Below, piece by piece: positions 1-9,315 of a stretch of 64,000 nt of DNA. The position numbers were made by a program, and so were the translations under genes. The DNA lies in the IMG/VR virus record IMGVR_UViG_3300047564_001181, positions 31,187 through 95,186 of that record, one strand, 5' to 3'. Position 1 is the stretch's first letter; each line of letters begins with the position of its first letter. The stretch is from a virus. The notes beneath the pieces are model-generated. The model made no database searches. It was not told the origin of the DNA and was given only the letters and a program-made list of their open reading frames with translations.

Positions 1-141
1 TGGTAATCCTAAATTAATTAATCTATTATCTCTACCAATATTCATTACTAAATCAACATTTTTTCTACTTTTTACATCCGAGTGCTGTGGCACAAGAAGG
101 ATATCATCGAAGGACAAAGCCTTCTCAATATATTTTTTCAT
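1..141 (-). CDS. IMP dehydrogenase / GMP reductase family protein, N-terminal part (truncated by window edge)
   Basis: Not in the ORF track. Manual translation MKKYIEKALSFDDILLVPQHSDVKSRKNVDL...LGLP matches the 'L(T/S)FDDVLLVP..S...SR..VDL' start of GuaB/GuaC enzymes. Confidence 0.8.
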   Translation of the reverse strand, partial: MKKYIEKALSFDDILLVPQHSDVKSRKNVDLVMNIGRDNRLINLGLP

Positions 142-144
142 TAA

Positions 145-849
145 TTATCTATTCCAACATTCTGTGTTATTAATTGCTAATTCTTTATTAATCCAAATTT
201 GGTCTTCAATATCCCATCCCCATTCGTATGAAATATCGGCAAGATAGAAACCATTATCTTCCATAAATTTTTGGACTTCAAGGTTATTCCTATGGTTGTT
301 ATGTGTTGGCTTCTTTTCTGTTTCTAGGTGTAGTAACTTGACATTACGAAGGTTCTCTTTAAATCCCTGTAAAACTTGCCAACTATATCCTTCGGTATCA
401 ACCTTTACAATGTCAATAATTCCTTCTGTCAATCCAACAGAGTTGAGGAAAAAGTCCATAGTTAAAACAAATACTGGGATTTCTTCAATATGTCCTTGCA
501 AGTCTTGTTGGTTAGCAATCCTAGATGAATATAAAGACGAACACCCCTGATAGTCTTCTCTATCATGATTTACCTTCATGAACATATCTGTACCGTTAAA
601 GTCGGAGATTGCGTTCTGATAAACTTCCATAAAGCCATAAAACTTTTTAGTCTTCTCTACAGCACTAGGATTAGCATCAATTGCAATAAGTCTATTTACT
701 CTATCCTTCCCTAGTTTATTTGATAAATAAGCTAAATCATGACCGTCACGAGTTCCAACATCAATAAGAATCTTTGCACCTTCACCAAAGAACTTTCTAA
801 AGTTAGTTACTACTGGTTCTAATGGATTTACATTAACTAGATGTCCCAC
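145..849 (-). CDS. FkbM-family SAM-dependent methyltransferase
   Basis: IDVG motif I, 'IAIDANP', and 'IDIVKVDTEGYSWQVLQG' (FkbM K.D.EG signature). Confidence 0.85.
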   Translation of the reverse strand: MGHLVNVNPLEPVVTNFRKFFGEGAKILIDVGTRDGHDLAYLSNKLGKDRVNRLIAIDANPSAVEKTKKFYGFMEVYQNAISDFNGTDMFMKVNHDREDYQGCSSLYSSRIANQQDLQGHIEEIPVFVLTMDFFLNSVGLTEGIIDIVKVDTEGYSWQVLQGFKENLRNVKLLHLETEKKPTHNNHRNNLEVQKFMEDNGFYLADISYEWGWDIEDQIWINKELAINNTECWNR

Positions 850-1999
850 TAATACCCCTTAAATAATCTTTCAATGTTTCTGTTGTACCTTTCCAAGTTA
901 ATCTCTCTGAACCTTGTCTATGTATAGTTGGAATTTTAAACCTGCAAGCCTCCGCCACAAACTCTTTGAATTGAGATTCTGAATCTGTAACTCTAACAAA
1001 ATCTGCTAAAGCAAAGTCCTCAAACCCTCTAAATGAAACAGATGTACCCACCACTGGTCTTCCAGATACAAGTGCTTCTGCTGTTTTTAGATTTGAGCCG
1101 CCGCCATATGGAATAGGAAGTGCAATAACATTTGCAGACTCAAGTAGTTGATTTAATTCTTTATCTGTACGCTTTCCAAGAAAACGAATTGTAGTGTCGT
1201 GATACTCGTTTCTTTCTGGACCTAATTTTCCACGAAGACCATCACACATTGTGCCAACAAAGATTAAATCTGTATGGTCTGGTAGCCAATCAACCGCATT
1301 ATAAAGATACTTGATTGAACCTTCAATGTTTGGTGGATGTCCAGAACCTACAACAAGAGCATAGGTATGTGCAGATTTAACATCGCTTAGACTGGCATTA
1401 GTTCCATTATTAACTGCAACTACATTTTTAGCACCATTTTTTCTAAACCATTCAGCATCTCGTTCTGTAACACAAATAACCAAATCTGAATTTTCAGCAA
1501 TTTCAATTTCAGTATCTTCTAGAAAATCAATTGCTGCATTCATATGCTTTGGCTCAAGACCTTCTAATAGTTCTGGCTTTAACATAAACTCGATATTGTG
1601 ACTAGAATGAATAACCTTAACTTCTGGATAACGCTTCTTTAGCTTCTTTACTTCAGTCCACATCCAAGGATGGTCGAATATGATAGCGTCTGGAACTCCA
1701 TTCAAGAATCCCTCTATTCCCATATCCTTAAATAGCATAGCAATATCATCTAATTGAGGATGATTACTCTTCATAAACTCTGGCATAGGAAGCCAGGCAA
1801 AATGCAAATTATTGCAATTAACTACATAGGAATTAGGAAATACTTCCTTGACTGCCTTACTAATTTCTCTAGACCTAATTGCACCACCCCACTCACCATC
1901 TGCAGGAAATGGAGATAGAGATACAATAGTTGCATCTTCTGGAAGACTAAACCCAGAATCTGAGTATGCCCTAATCTTTTTCATTATCAAATCTTTCAT
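833..1999 (-). CDS. GT-B fold glycosyltransferase (GT4-like)
   Basis: 'HSSHNIE', 'VICVTERDA', 'GGGSNLKTAEALVSGRPVVGT' (E..A.G.PVV.T motif). Confidence 0.85.
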   Translation of the reverse strand: MKDLIMKKIRAYSDSGFSLPEDATIVSLSPFPADGEWGGAIRSREISKAVKEVFPNSYVVNCNNLHFAWLPMPEFMKSNHPQLDDIAMLFKDMGIEGFLNGVPDAIIFDHPWMWTEVKKLKKRYPEVKVIHSSHNIEFMLKPELLEGLEPKHMNAAIDFLEDTEIEIAENSDLVICVTERDAEWFRKNGAKNVVAVNNGTNASLSDVKSAHTYALVVGSGHPPNIEGSIKYLYNAVDWLPDHTDLIFVGTMCDGLRGKLGPERNEYHDTTIRFLGKRTDKELNQLLESANVIALPIPYGGGSNLKTAEALVSGRPVVGTSVSFRGFEDFALADFVRVTDSESQFKEFVAEACRFKIPTIHRQGSERLTWKGTTETLKDYLRGISGTSS

Positions 2000-2144
2000 A
2001 CTCTGAAAATTCTGTATGTTCTAAATATTCTTCATGAACAATTCCATCTTTTTCCCAAGTAACAAGCGAGAAAAAAGTACCATGCTGAATAACAGTTCCA
2101 ATACAACTATCATCAAATATCCAGACTTTATCTCCAGAACTCAT
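1971..2144 (-). CDS. hypothetical protein (57 aa)
   Basis: Manual ORF MSSGDKVWIFDDSCIGTVIQHG...; ATGA overlap with the upstream stop; fills the gap in the operon. Confidence 0.6.
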   Translation of the reverse strand: MSSGDKVWIFDDSCIGTVIQHGTFFSLVTWEKDGIVHEEYLEHTEFSEYERFDNEKD

Positions 2145-2410
2145 CTCATTCCCCTTCCAGGTGGGTCTCCAACAGCACCATCAAAGTATACCTTAGTTGC
2201 TCCCATAGACAAAAGAATATTTCTTAACCTATGTAAGTATTCAATGATTGAAACCTTTTGTCCATCCGACAAAGCCATGATTTGATTCTCATATACCCTA
2301 ATGGCAATGTAGTCAGGAAACTCTACGAAATCAACTGCTAATCCAGAATAAGGTGGCTTAACCGTTCTAACGGCAGTCATCATTTCTGGGGTATACTTAT
2401 GCTTCTTCAC
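2141..2410 (-). CDS. hypothetical protein
   Basis: 89-aa ORF tightly packed on the coding strand. Confidence 0.7.
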   Translation of the reverse strand: MKKHKYTPEMMTAVRTVKPPYSGLAVDFVEFPDYIAIRVYENQIMALSDGQKVSIIEYLHRLRNILLSMGATKVYFDGAVGDPPGRGMR

Positions 2411-2699
2411 TCTGTACCGCTGCTAAAATTTCTTCCCATATTTCTTGTGTTTTATGTGCATTGCGAGATTTGCTTATTTCTCCATCAACAAAATACACAC
2501 CGCCAAATACGCCGTTAGCCCGATAAGGCTCTTGCATTTGGGTAGCATACTCAAAGCAGTCTTTAATGACTGGGCAATGTAAGCATACTGTTGTGTCAAT
2601 TGTAAGTGCAAGCTTTGGGTCTTCTTCATATTTTTCAAAAAATAAGTTAACATCTAGACCTGCACATTTAGCTTTTTTTCTCCACTCATCATCGAACAT
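2397..2699 (-). CDS. whiB: WhiB-family Fe-S transcription factor
   Basis: W...A.C ... C-x2-C-x5-C and GVFGG turn. Start moved to MFDDEW (2699) to avoid a long overlap. Confidence 0.9.
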   Translation of the reverse strand: MFDDEWRKKAKCAGLDVNLFFEKYEEDPKLALTIDTTVCLHCPVIKDCFEYATQMQEPYRANGVFGGVYFVDGEISKSRNAHKTQEIWEEILAAVQSEEA

Positions 2700-2898
2700 A
2701 TCTTTGCGGAACCTTCCAGCCATCACTGTCTGGAGAGAATCGCTTTTCAAAACCCCAACGGTTTTTATATCTAACCCCACGCTTATCATATTCTGCGTTG
2801 GCATCAAACTTAAAGTCTACGATATCCCAGCCATCCCAATGCAAGAACTTATTGTTCTTGACAACATTGTGTGCTTGTTCGTAATTAATTGTAATCAT
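2689..2898 (-). CDS. hypothetical protein
   Basis: 69-aa ORF with AGAAAG upstream, directly upstream of whiB. Confidence 0.7.
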   Translation of the reverse strand: MITINYEQAHNVVKNNKFLHWDGWDIVDFKFDANAEYDKRGVRYKNRWGFEKRFSPDSDGWKVPQRYVR

Positions 2899-2910
2899 TT
2901 TATCTTTCTG

Positions 2911-3279
2911 TTAGTATTTATAAATTGCTGTTTTAACGCCGAATCCATCTGCTTTATGAATCAGAGAATCCCAGGACATAATGATATCATCTTTGTTGGC
3001 AAATAACAAGACCTCGTTGATATCATGTTTTTCAAAGTTGCTCATAATATCATTATACGCAACCTTAGAAAACTTAATTTTAATTTTCTTTTGCTTAAAA
3101 TACTGTTGAGTTTTATTACAAAACTCCGCAGTAAAACTATTAACCTTGTACGGACCAGCAGTGAGCAATTCAACTGTTTTAGTTGCATCATTTATTTGAC
3201 TATCAATTGCTACTACTATTCCACGCATGAATGTATTATAGTCATCAAACTTATGACTACCATAAACAAGAATTTTCAC
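2911..3279 (-). CDS. hypothetical protein, possibly SLOG/YspA-like
   Basis: N-terminus 'KILVYGSHKFDDY' resembles the SLOG-family 'lv.GsR.f.Dy' start; remainder weak. Confidence 0.5.
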   Translation of the reverse strand: MKILVYGSHKFDDYNTFMRGIVVAIDSQINDATKTVELLTAGPYKVNSFTAEFCNKTQQYFKQKKIKIKFSKVAYNDIMSNFEKHDINEVLLFANKDDIIMSWDSLIHKADGFGVKTAIYKY

Positions 3280-3304
3280 TTTCTTACCTTTCGATTAGGT
3301 ATAA

Positions 3305-3333
3305 ATTATATCAATTTATAATGATATTGTCAA
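3305..3333 (-). promoter_or_regulatory. sigma70/SigA-type promoter
   Basis: TTGACA-N17-TATAAT, perfect consensus, upstream of 2911..3279. Confidence 0.85.
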
Positions 3334-3509
3334 GGGGTTTCTGGTGCTGACCATACACCATCAATTAAAATCCAGCCGATATTCATACCTTCTGGAGAAG
3401 ATTCATATTCAATTGCAGATAAACCTGTAACTTCTTCTGCAATTTCTTTTGTATCAGCTAGGATGAAGTTCACAATTTGTGAGCCATTAGAAATAAAATA
3501 ACTAGGCAT
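3330..3509 (-). CDS. small protein following Gly-rich adhesin (59 aa)
   Basis: Manual ORF MPSYFISNGSQIVNFILAD...IGWILIDGVWSAPETP; TAATG coupling to the upstream gene. Confidence 0.65.
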   Translation of the reverse strand: MPSYFISNGSQIVNFILADTKEIAEEVTGLSAIEYESSPEGMNIGWILIDGVWSAPETP

Positions 3510-4405
3510 TATACATCTCCTGTGTTAGTAGAAGGATATGCTCTACCAGAACCCCAAATAATTCTAACAGCTCCAGATGCTCCACCTAAAGCACCAGTTG
3601 AAGGGGCAGAATTGTCATCAATAGCACCGCCACCTCCGCCATAGAGACCTCCTCTACCAGAAGTAGTAACAGTCCCACCAAGAGTTCCACTATCACCACC
3701 AGAACCACCTCCGCCACCATTTGCAGTAGTTCCACTTCCAGTGCCAGCAGTTCCAGCAGTTCCTCCAAGACCAGACGAGCCTTCTCCTAAAAGACCGACA
3801 CCACCGCCGCCTCCTGAATCTGCTCCATCTGAACCACCTCCGCCAGCTCCGCCGCCAGAACCAGGGTCTCCATTTACTCCAGTAGTTGATGGTGAAACTC
3901 TACCATTTCCACCATTACCAGAATATCCACCAGCACCTCCACCACCTCCTGGGTTAGTTGTGTCAGCTTCAGAACCGCCACCATTTCCACCACCTATAGT
4001 GCCACCAACAGAAGAGCCAGTTCCACCAGAAATAGTTCCAGAACCAGAGGTTCCTCCAGTTCCGCCACCTGCAGTTAGTAATGGTGTGCCTCCTCTGGAT
4101 ATTGAAGAATCCCCACCAGATGTTGCAACAGAAACGGCTCTTACTCCGCCAGCACCAACAGTAACACTTAAAGATTCTCCAGGAGTTACAGATAAAGATG
4201 TTATATATCTAAGACCTCCACCGCCACCGCCTTTTGCACCTCCAGTGTTATAAACTCCACCTCCACCACCACCTACACATACTGCAGAAATAGATGTTAC
4301 GCCTGTTGGTACAGTAAATGTTCCAGATGTTGTAAATACTTGCTGACCTGATGGACCGCCACCAGACTCAAAGTAGCTAGATGAAATTGTTCCAATAATT
4401 GGCAT
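3509..4405 (-). CDS. glycine-rich tail-tip/adhesin-like protein
   Basis: 'FTTSGTFTVPTGVTSISAVCVGGGGGG' ... 'GASGAVRIIW' Gly-rich domain; start set at MPIIG (TAATG coupling). Confidence 0.75.
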   Translation of the reverse strand: MPIIGTISSSYFESGGGPSGQQVFTTSGTFTVPTGVTSISAVCVGGGGGGVYNTGGAKGGGGGGLRYITSLSVTPGESLSVTVGAGGVRAVSVATSGGDSSISRGGTPLLTAGGGTGGTSGSGTISGGTGSSVGGTIGGGNGGGSEADTTNPGGGGGAGGYSGNGGNGRVSPSTTGVNGDPGSGGGAGGGGSDGADSGGGGGVGLLGEGSSGLGGTAGTAGTGSGTTANGGGGGSGGDSGTLGGTVTTSGRGGLYGGGGGAIDDNSAPSTGALGGASGAVRIIWGSGRAYPSTNTGDV

Positions 4406-5520
4406 TATGCACTCAAATCTCCGAGTAGTAGCCATGAATCAGTTCCGATTTTAACAAGAGTGGCAGATGAATATGCGGCTCTAAAGTTTTTTCCTGGGGT
4501 TGCGTTAACAGTAACACCTACAGATTGTGTAACAGACGCACCAGTAGTTAATGCTACAAGGTTAATCTGTGTGCCAATTGGATATGGAACTACTGAGTTA
4601 AGTGGAACAGTAAAAGCAAAAGCACCGTTCATCTGAACTAAAGTATTTGCATCTGCTGCAGCCAATGTATACGCACCAGTTTTAGCAGTTGTGTTAACTC
4701 TAAATGTTGGAACCAATGTAAGGTTTGTGCCGTCTCCAATATATCCATGATGATATGTTGTATCCCAAGCTATTCTACCGTCAGATGTGCTTGAGGTTGT
4801 GCTTAAAGTTAAAGTTGGGGTAGTAATAGTTGGAGAAGAACCTGTAATATATGCACCACTAACAGCAATTGTAATTGTGTCTGTGCTTGCATCTCCAGTA
4901 ACAGAAATACCAGTTCCACCAGACAATGTTAATGTATCTGTAGAACTCTCTGCCTCAACATTGCTTCCAGAAGAAGGAACAATAATGGTAAATGAGTTTC
5001 CAGAGCCACCAGCACCTGTTGCATCACTTCCATTTATCCAGTTCGTTCCATCATATTTTAATACTTGACCAGAAGCAAGTGTGCCAGATGTGATAACAAC
5101 ATCTGAAAGATTGTCTAAAGTATGAGTGTGAGAAGTTGTAGAATATGATGCAGTGTCTAATTCCCAAGTATCTGCTGCAGTCTTTTTAAGAAAGCCAGAT
5201 GTTCCTGCTAATGCTTCAATTGCTTGAAGGTCTGCACCAGCAGAAAATGTCATTCTCTGATTTCCTTCATCCCATGAAATAACTAATCCAGAGCCTTGTC
5301 TAAACTCAATTGTATCGGTAACAGAATCGCTACCTATTAGTTGTAAGTCAGCACCGCTGGCATTAGTTGCACCTTCTAGATGGTATGTTGTATTAGCGTC
5401 TGTTAATGAATAACTATCAAGTTCTGTATCAATAGCTTCTGCTAGAGCTTGAAAATCCGCAGGAATATTTGGATTGTCAGAACTCGATGGGTACGGAAAC
5501 CCTTTAGTTGTTGTTGGCAT
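4405..5520 (-). CDS. tail fibre-like structural protein
   Basis: 'GFPYPSSSD.PNIPAD.QALA..ID' N-terminus typical of actinophage fibre proteins; Ser/Thr-rich; C-terminal domain shared with 7200..9128. Confidence 0.7.
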   Translation of the reverse strand: MPTTTKGFPYPSSSDNPNIPADFQALAEAIDTELDSYSLTDANTTYHLEGATNASGADLQLIGSDSVTDTIEFRQGSGLVISWDEGNQRMTFSAGADLQAIEALAGTSGFLKKTAADTWELDTASYSTTSHTHTLDNLSDVVITSGTLASGQVLKYDGTNWINGSDATGAGGSGNSFTIIVPSSGSNVEAESSTDTLTLSGGTGISVTGDASTDTITIAVSGAYITGSSPTITTPTLTLSTTSSTSDGRIAWDTTYHHGYIGDGTNLTLVPTFRVNTTAKTGAYTLAAADANTLVQMNGAFAFTVPLNSVVPYPIGTQINLVALTTGASVTQSVGVTVNATPGKNFRAAYSSATLVKIGTDSWLLLGDLSA

Positions 5521-5550
5521 TACTTCTCCTTTTCACCTAATTATACCTTA

Positions 5551-5859
5551 TTATACTACCCGATTCAAGATATACTCGTGATATCCCTGTTCTCCATATA
5601 GGTCAGGAGACCAACCATAATAAATCTCTGGATTCATTTCTTCATCTGGTAGTTGATAATATACTTGATTTACTGAATCCCAGTGCCAACCAAGTCCTGG
5701 CATATATCCTAGATTACAGCAACATTCTACTTTATCTCCTTGCATCATCAATAATAAGTCTTGAAATATTGAGTCATCATGTTCATTAAATGTTCCAGTC
5801 CAAACAACAATGCCATTTTTAATAATAGCGTGTGGGTGACTATCTAAATGCTCTATCAT
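5551..5859 (-). CDS. small protein following Gly-rich adhesin
   Basis: ATGA-coupled to 5856..7187; 'PGLGWHWD' resembles 'IGWIL.DG.W' of 3330..3509. Confidence 0.6.
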   Translation of the reverse strand: MIEHLDSHPHAIIKNGIVVWTGTFNEHDDSIFQDLLLMMQGDKVECCCNLGYMPGLGWHWDSVNQVYYQLPDEEMNPEIYYGWSPDLYGEQGYHEYILNRVV

Positions 5860-7187
5860 ACAGGATACCTCACAATTACCATTCCGCTACCTCCAGTTCC
5901 TCCAGTTCCAGAACTTGAGTTCAATCCAGCACCACCGTTTCCAGTATTTGATGTTCCAGAACCACCTCCAGAGATACTGCCACCAACACCAATTGTTCCA
6001 ACCGTTGTACCAGCAGCCCGATACCAAGTCGTATATGATGAACCAGTTGAGCCAATAGTTCCAGCAGCAATACCTGCACCACCACCAGCACCAGCACCAC
6101 CAGTTGTACCATTACCACCATTACCGCCCTGAGAACCAGTTCCACCACTTACTGTTCCTCCAGAGCTAGCACCAGCACCACCACCACAAGAGCCATTACC
6201 ACCTGCAGTAAAGTAGATTGCACCATAGCCTCCACCAGTTCTAGATGAACCATTAAATGAAGATGTTGAGCCAGCACTTCCGTTAACACCAGCACCACCA
6301 GAACCTCCATTGCCAACCACTACAGTATAGTTTCCAGCAGTTAAGGTTGTAGCGGCAACTGTGATAGAGTCGCTAGCCCCACCACCACCTCCACCACCAC
6401 CTGAACCAGTAGACCTAGCTCCTCCGCCTCCACCGCCAACTATTAGTGCTTCAACATTTGTTTGTGAAGCACCACTGACTGAAAGAGTTCCTCCGTTTGT
6501 AAACACATGATATTTGTATGAACCTTGTGTAAATGTTGAGTTTCCACCAGTAACTGTTGCAACAGGATTTGGTGTCACGGAAGCAGTTGCCGTAGATGCT
6601 GTTCCAGTTCCATTGGCATTAATTGCTGCAAGGGTAAATGTGTATGCAGTATTAGCTGTAAATGTACCAGTTACAGAAATAGGACTTGTAACATCAGTGC
6701 CACTGTAAGATAGCGATATCGATGGACTAGATACAATGTTATATCCAGTAATAGTTTTACCACCTGTATTTGGTGCTCCTGTCCAGGCAACGCTAACTGT
6801 TGTTGAGTTTGTTACAGTTGCAGTAACGCCAGTAGGAGCAGATGGTGTAGATGTAATTAAAACTGAAGATGAAGCAGAAGATGTTCCACTATTTCCAATT
6901 GCATTTGTAGCTCTAACTGTAAAAGTATGGTTTGTTCCAGATGGTGATGTGTCAAGACCTGTTACTGTTGTTGGTGACCCATTTAAATCACTCTGAGAAC
7001 CGCCTGGAGAACCTGTAACTAAATAAGAACTTATTGGAAGTTTTCCATCGAATGGTTCTGTGTATGTTACGGTTGCAGAACCGTTGTCGTATGCTCTATT
7101 TGTTCCAACATCTGTTGCAGATGGAGCAGCTGGTGTATTTGGAACTGTTCTAGTTGAAGAAGGAACTGCTACTACTGGTAAAACCAT
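5856..7187 (-). CDS. fibronectin type III + glycine-rich tail-tip protein
   Basis: Two FN3-like repeats ('FTVRATNAIG', 'YTFTLAAINANG') followed by a Gly-rich domain ending 'GGSGMVIVRYP'. Confidence 0.8.
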   Translation of the reverse strand: MVLPVVAVPSSTRTVPNTPAAPSATDVGTNRAYDNGSATVTYTEPFDGKLPISSYLVTGSPGGSQSDLNGSPTTVTGLDTSPSGTNHTFTVRATNAIGNSGTSSASSSVLITSTPSAPTGVTATVTNSTTVSVAWTGAPNTGGKTITGYNIVSSPSISLSYSGTDVTSPISVTGTFTANTAYTFTLAAINANGTGTASTATASVTPNPVATVTGGNSTFTQGSYKYHVFTNGGTLSVSGASQTNVEALIVGGGGGGARSTGSGGGGGGGGASDSITVAATTLTAGNYTVVVGNGGSGGAGVNGSAGSTSSFNGSSRTGGGYGAIYFTAGGNGSCGGGAGASSGGTVSGGTGSQGGNGGNGTTGGAGAGGGAGIAAGTIGSTGSSYTTWYRAAGTTVGTIGVGGSISGGGSGTSNTGNGGAGLNSSSGTGGTGGSGMVIVRYPV

Positions 7188-7199
7188 AACAAATCACTC

Positions 7200-9128
7200 C
7201 TAAGCACTAATATCACCGACTAGAATCCATTCATCAGTTGCAGCATCTACAATCTTGATTAATGTAGCCATAGAATATCTTGCACGAAGATTTTGACCTG
7301 GTGTTGCATTAACTATAGCAGTTCCGTCAGCAATATTTAAGGCACCTGTTCCCCCACGAACAAAGCTGATTTGAGAGCCAACAGGGATTGTTGTATCGTT
7401 GTTAATTGTAACAGTACATGTACCTGTATTATTTGCATAAATTGTTTTACCAAGATGAGTAGTATCACTAATTGTAAGGGTTGTCGTTCCAGAAGCAATT
7501 GTGGCTGTGTCTAAATTTAATGCAGTAAGTGCGACTGTTCCGCTTGCATCTGGTAGTGTAATAGTTCTATCTGCTGTTGGATTCACTACTGTTAAAGTAG
7601 TTTCATTTGCATCGTCAGATGAGCCTTCAAATACTAAAACATCGGATGTTCCTAAAGTTAGATTTCCATTAAGTTGAATACTATGATTAAATGTTGTAGT
7701 ACCTGTACCAGCACCAATTGAAATTGCAGTAGCAGTACCACCAATGTTTAGGGTAGTAACACCAGTATTTAGTAGGTTAAATGTCGATGAAGCAGAGCCA
7801 ACACTGCTGCCATTAATATTAAAATCTCCGCTGGTATTTAGTGTAGCAGCAGTTATTGAAATTGTTCCACCGCCAACTGAGCCAGTTCCACCAGAAGCAA
7901 GAATTCTAGAGTCATAATCTACTGCAGTTGCTCCAGAGTGGAAGTCTAAAAATGGAGTTGAAGATGTACCATCTGTTCTTCCAATTTCAATGCTATTGTT
8001 GTGAGCACTATCAATTGTAATCTTAGTAGAAAATGTTGGGTTTGTTGCAAAGACAAGAGAGCCTGTTCCAGTTTCATCGGAAACTACTCCTGCTAGTTGT
8101 GAGGATGTGGTAGATGCAAATTGTGCAAGGGTTCCAGATGTTACTGCAAGACCAGCTTCAGATGCGGTTTGATTTTTCCAAAGCCCAGAAGCATCGTCCC
8201 AAGCAAGAACTTCATTATCGGCAATGTCATCATCTGCCTCAATTTGAACTCCATGAAGTTCATTTAGTTCATATCCATTTTGAACACTAACAAAAATTTC
8301 ACCAGCACTAATACTTGCTTTAACTACATACCCAAGAAATACGGAGTGTGCTGGTTCTGCAGGAATAGTTGTTGTATAGCCACCAGCAGTAGATGATAAC
8401 CATAATGCAGCACCTTCTGTAAGTCCGTCAGTATTTACTCCTCGTAATATACCAAATGTCGTAACAAAGCCTTCTGCTGTATCGGCAATTGTTTCCGCTG
8501 TTAATCCTAGTGTTTTAGAAGATGTTGCTTCTGTATCTGCGTCTGACAGTGCAATTGTTGGTCTTTGACCAGCAGCACCGTTAATATAAACAACGCTACC
8601 TTTAGGGATTGATGAACCAGTTGCATTTTTACATAGTGCTACCTGCTCTTGCCCAAGACCAAGCTCAACATTTGCATTTAAAATTACTTTTGGAAGACCA
8701 TCCCCAGAATCCCAAAACATTGTTCCAGTTTCAGTACTAGAAGCCTCTGGTGTGGTATCAAAAGTGATATAGTCTGGGTAAACAATAGAATCTACTGATG
8801 TAAAGTTTCCAGTAGAGTTAATTGTAATTGAATCGGCTGCGGCATTTGTAGTTATAGAAACATTTGTGCCATTTACAAGTGTAAGTGTATCTGTAGATGA
8901 ATCTGCTACAACATTGTCTTGTCCAGATACTGAAATAGTGCTAAAAGAATCTGATGCTGAACCACCACTGCTAGTGGCATTTACCCAACTTGTTCCATTA
9001 TATTGTAAAATTTGATTTGTACTTGGAGATGTTATTACAACATCACTAAGGTCATCTATTGATGTTGTAGATGGTCCAAGAATAGACACCCAAGAAGAAC
9101 CGTCCCAAATATATGCTGGCTTAGCCAT
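7200..9128 (-). CDS. tail fibre-like structural protein
   Basis: Mosaic of fibre modules ('IDDLSDVVIT', 'SDETGTGSLVFAT', 'PTADRTITLPDASGT', 'DFHSG...DYDSRI'). Confidence 0.75.
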   Translation of the reverse strand: MAKPAYIWDGSSWVSILGPSTTSIDDLSDVVITSPSTNQILQYNGTSWVNATSSGGSASDSFSTISVSGQDNVVADSSTDTLTLVNGTNVSITTNAAADSITINSTGNFTSVDSIVYPDYITFDTTPEASSTETGTMFWDSGDGLPKVILNANVELGLGQEQVALCKNATGSSIPKGSVVYINGAAGQRPTIALSDADTEATSSKTLGLTAETIADTAEGFVTTFGILRGVNTDGLTEGAALWLSSTAGGYTTTIPAEPAHSVFLGYVVKASISAGEIFVSVQNGYELNELHGVQIEADDDIADNEVLAWDDASGLWKNQTASEAGLAVTSGTLAQFASTTSSQLAGVVSDETGTGSLVFATNPTFSTKITIDSAHNNSIEIGRTDGTSSTPFLDFHSGATAVDYDSRILASGGTGSVGGGTISITAATLNTSGDFNINGSSVGSASSTFNLLNTGVTTLNIGGTATAISIGAGTGTTTFNHSIQLNGNLTLGTSDVLVFEGSSDDANETTLTVVNPTADRTITLPDASGTVALTALNLDTATIASGTTTLTISDTTHLGKTIYANNTGTCTVTINNDTTIPVGSQISFVRGGTGALNIADGTAIVNATPGQNLRARYSMATLIKIVDAATDEWILVGDISA

Positions 9129-9315
9129 TATTTCCTCCTATTCCTAATGCCTGTTTAATAGCATCCAATGTTTCTTGTGGAAGTTGTGACAATACATCAG
9201 CAATAGCCTGAACATCTGAAACCTGTTCATCTTCAAATTCTATAATCTCTACGATATTATTATTTGGCTTAGATTCATCATACCCGCCAATTCCGTATGT
9301 AACTATTTGAGACAT
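9121..9315 (-). CDS. small hypothetical protein
   Basis: Start set at MSQIVTYG (TAATG-coupled to 9315..10223). Confidence 0.65.
   Translation of the reverse strand: MSQIVTYGIGGYDESKPNNNIVEIIEFEDEQVSDVQAIADVLSQLPQETLDAIKQALGIGGNNG

Noticed and set aside
3741-4253. Pro-rich 170-aa plus-strand ORF (and similar ones at 5848..6132 and 6736..6996)
   Set aside because: Antisense shadows of the Gly-rich genes (GGN codons read as Pro on the other strand).
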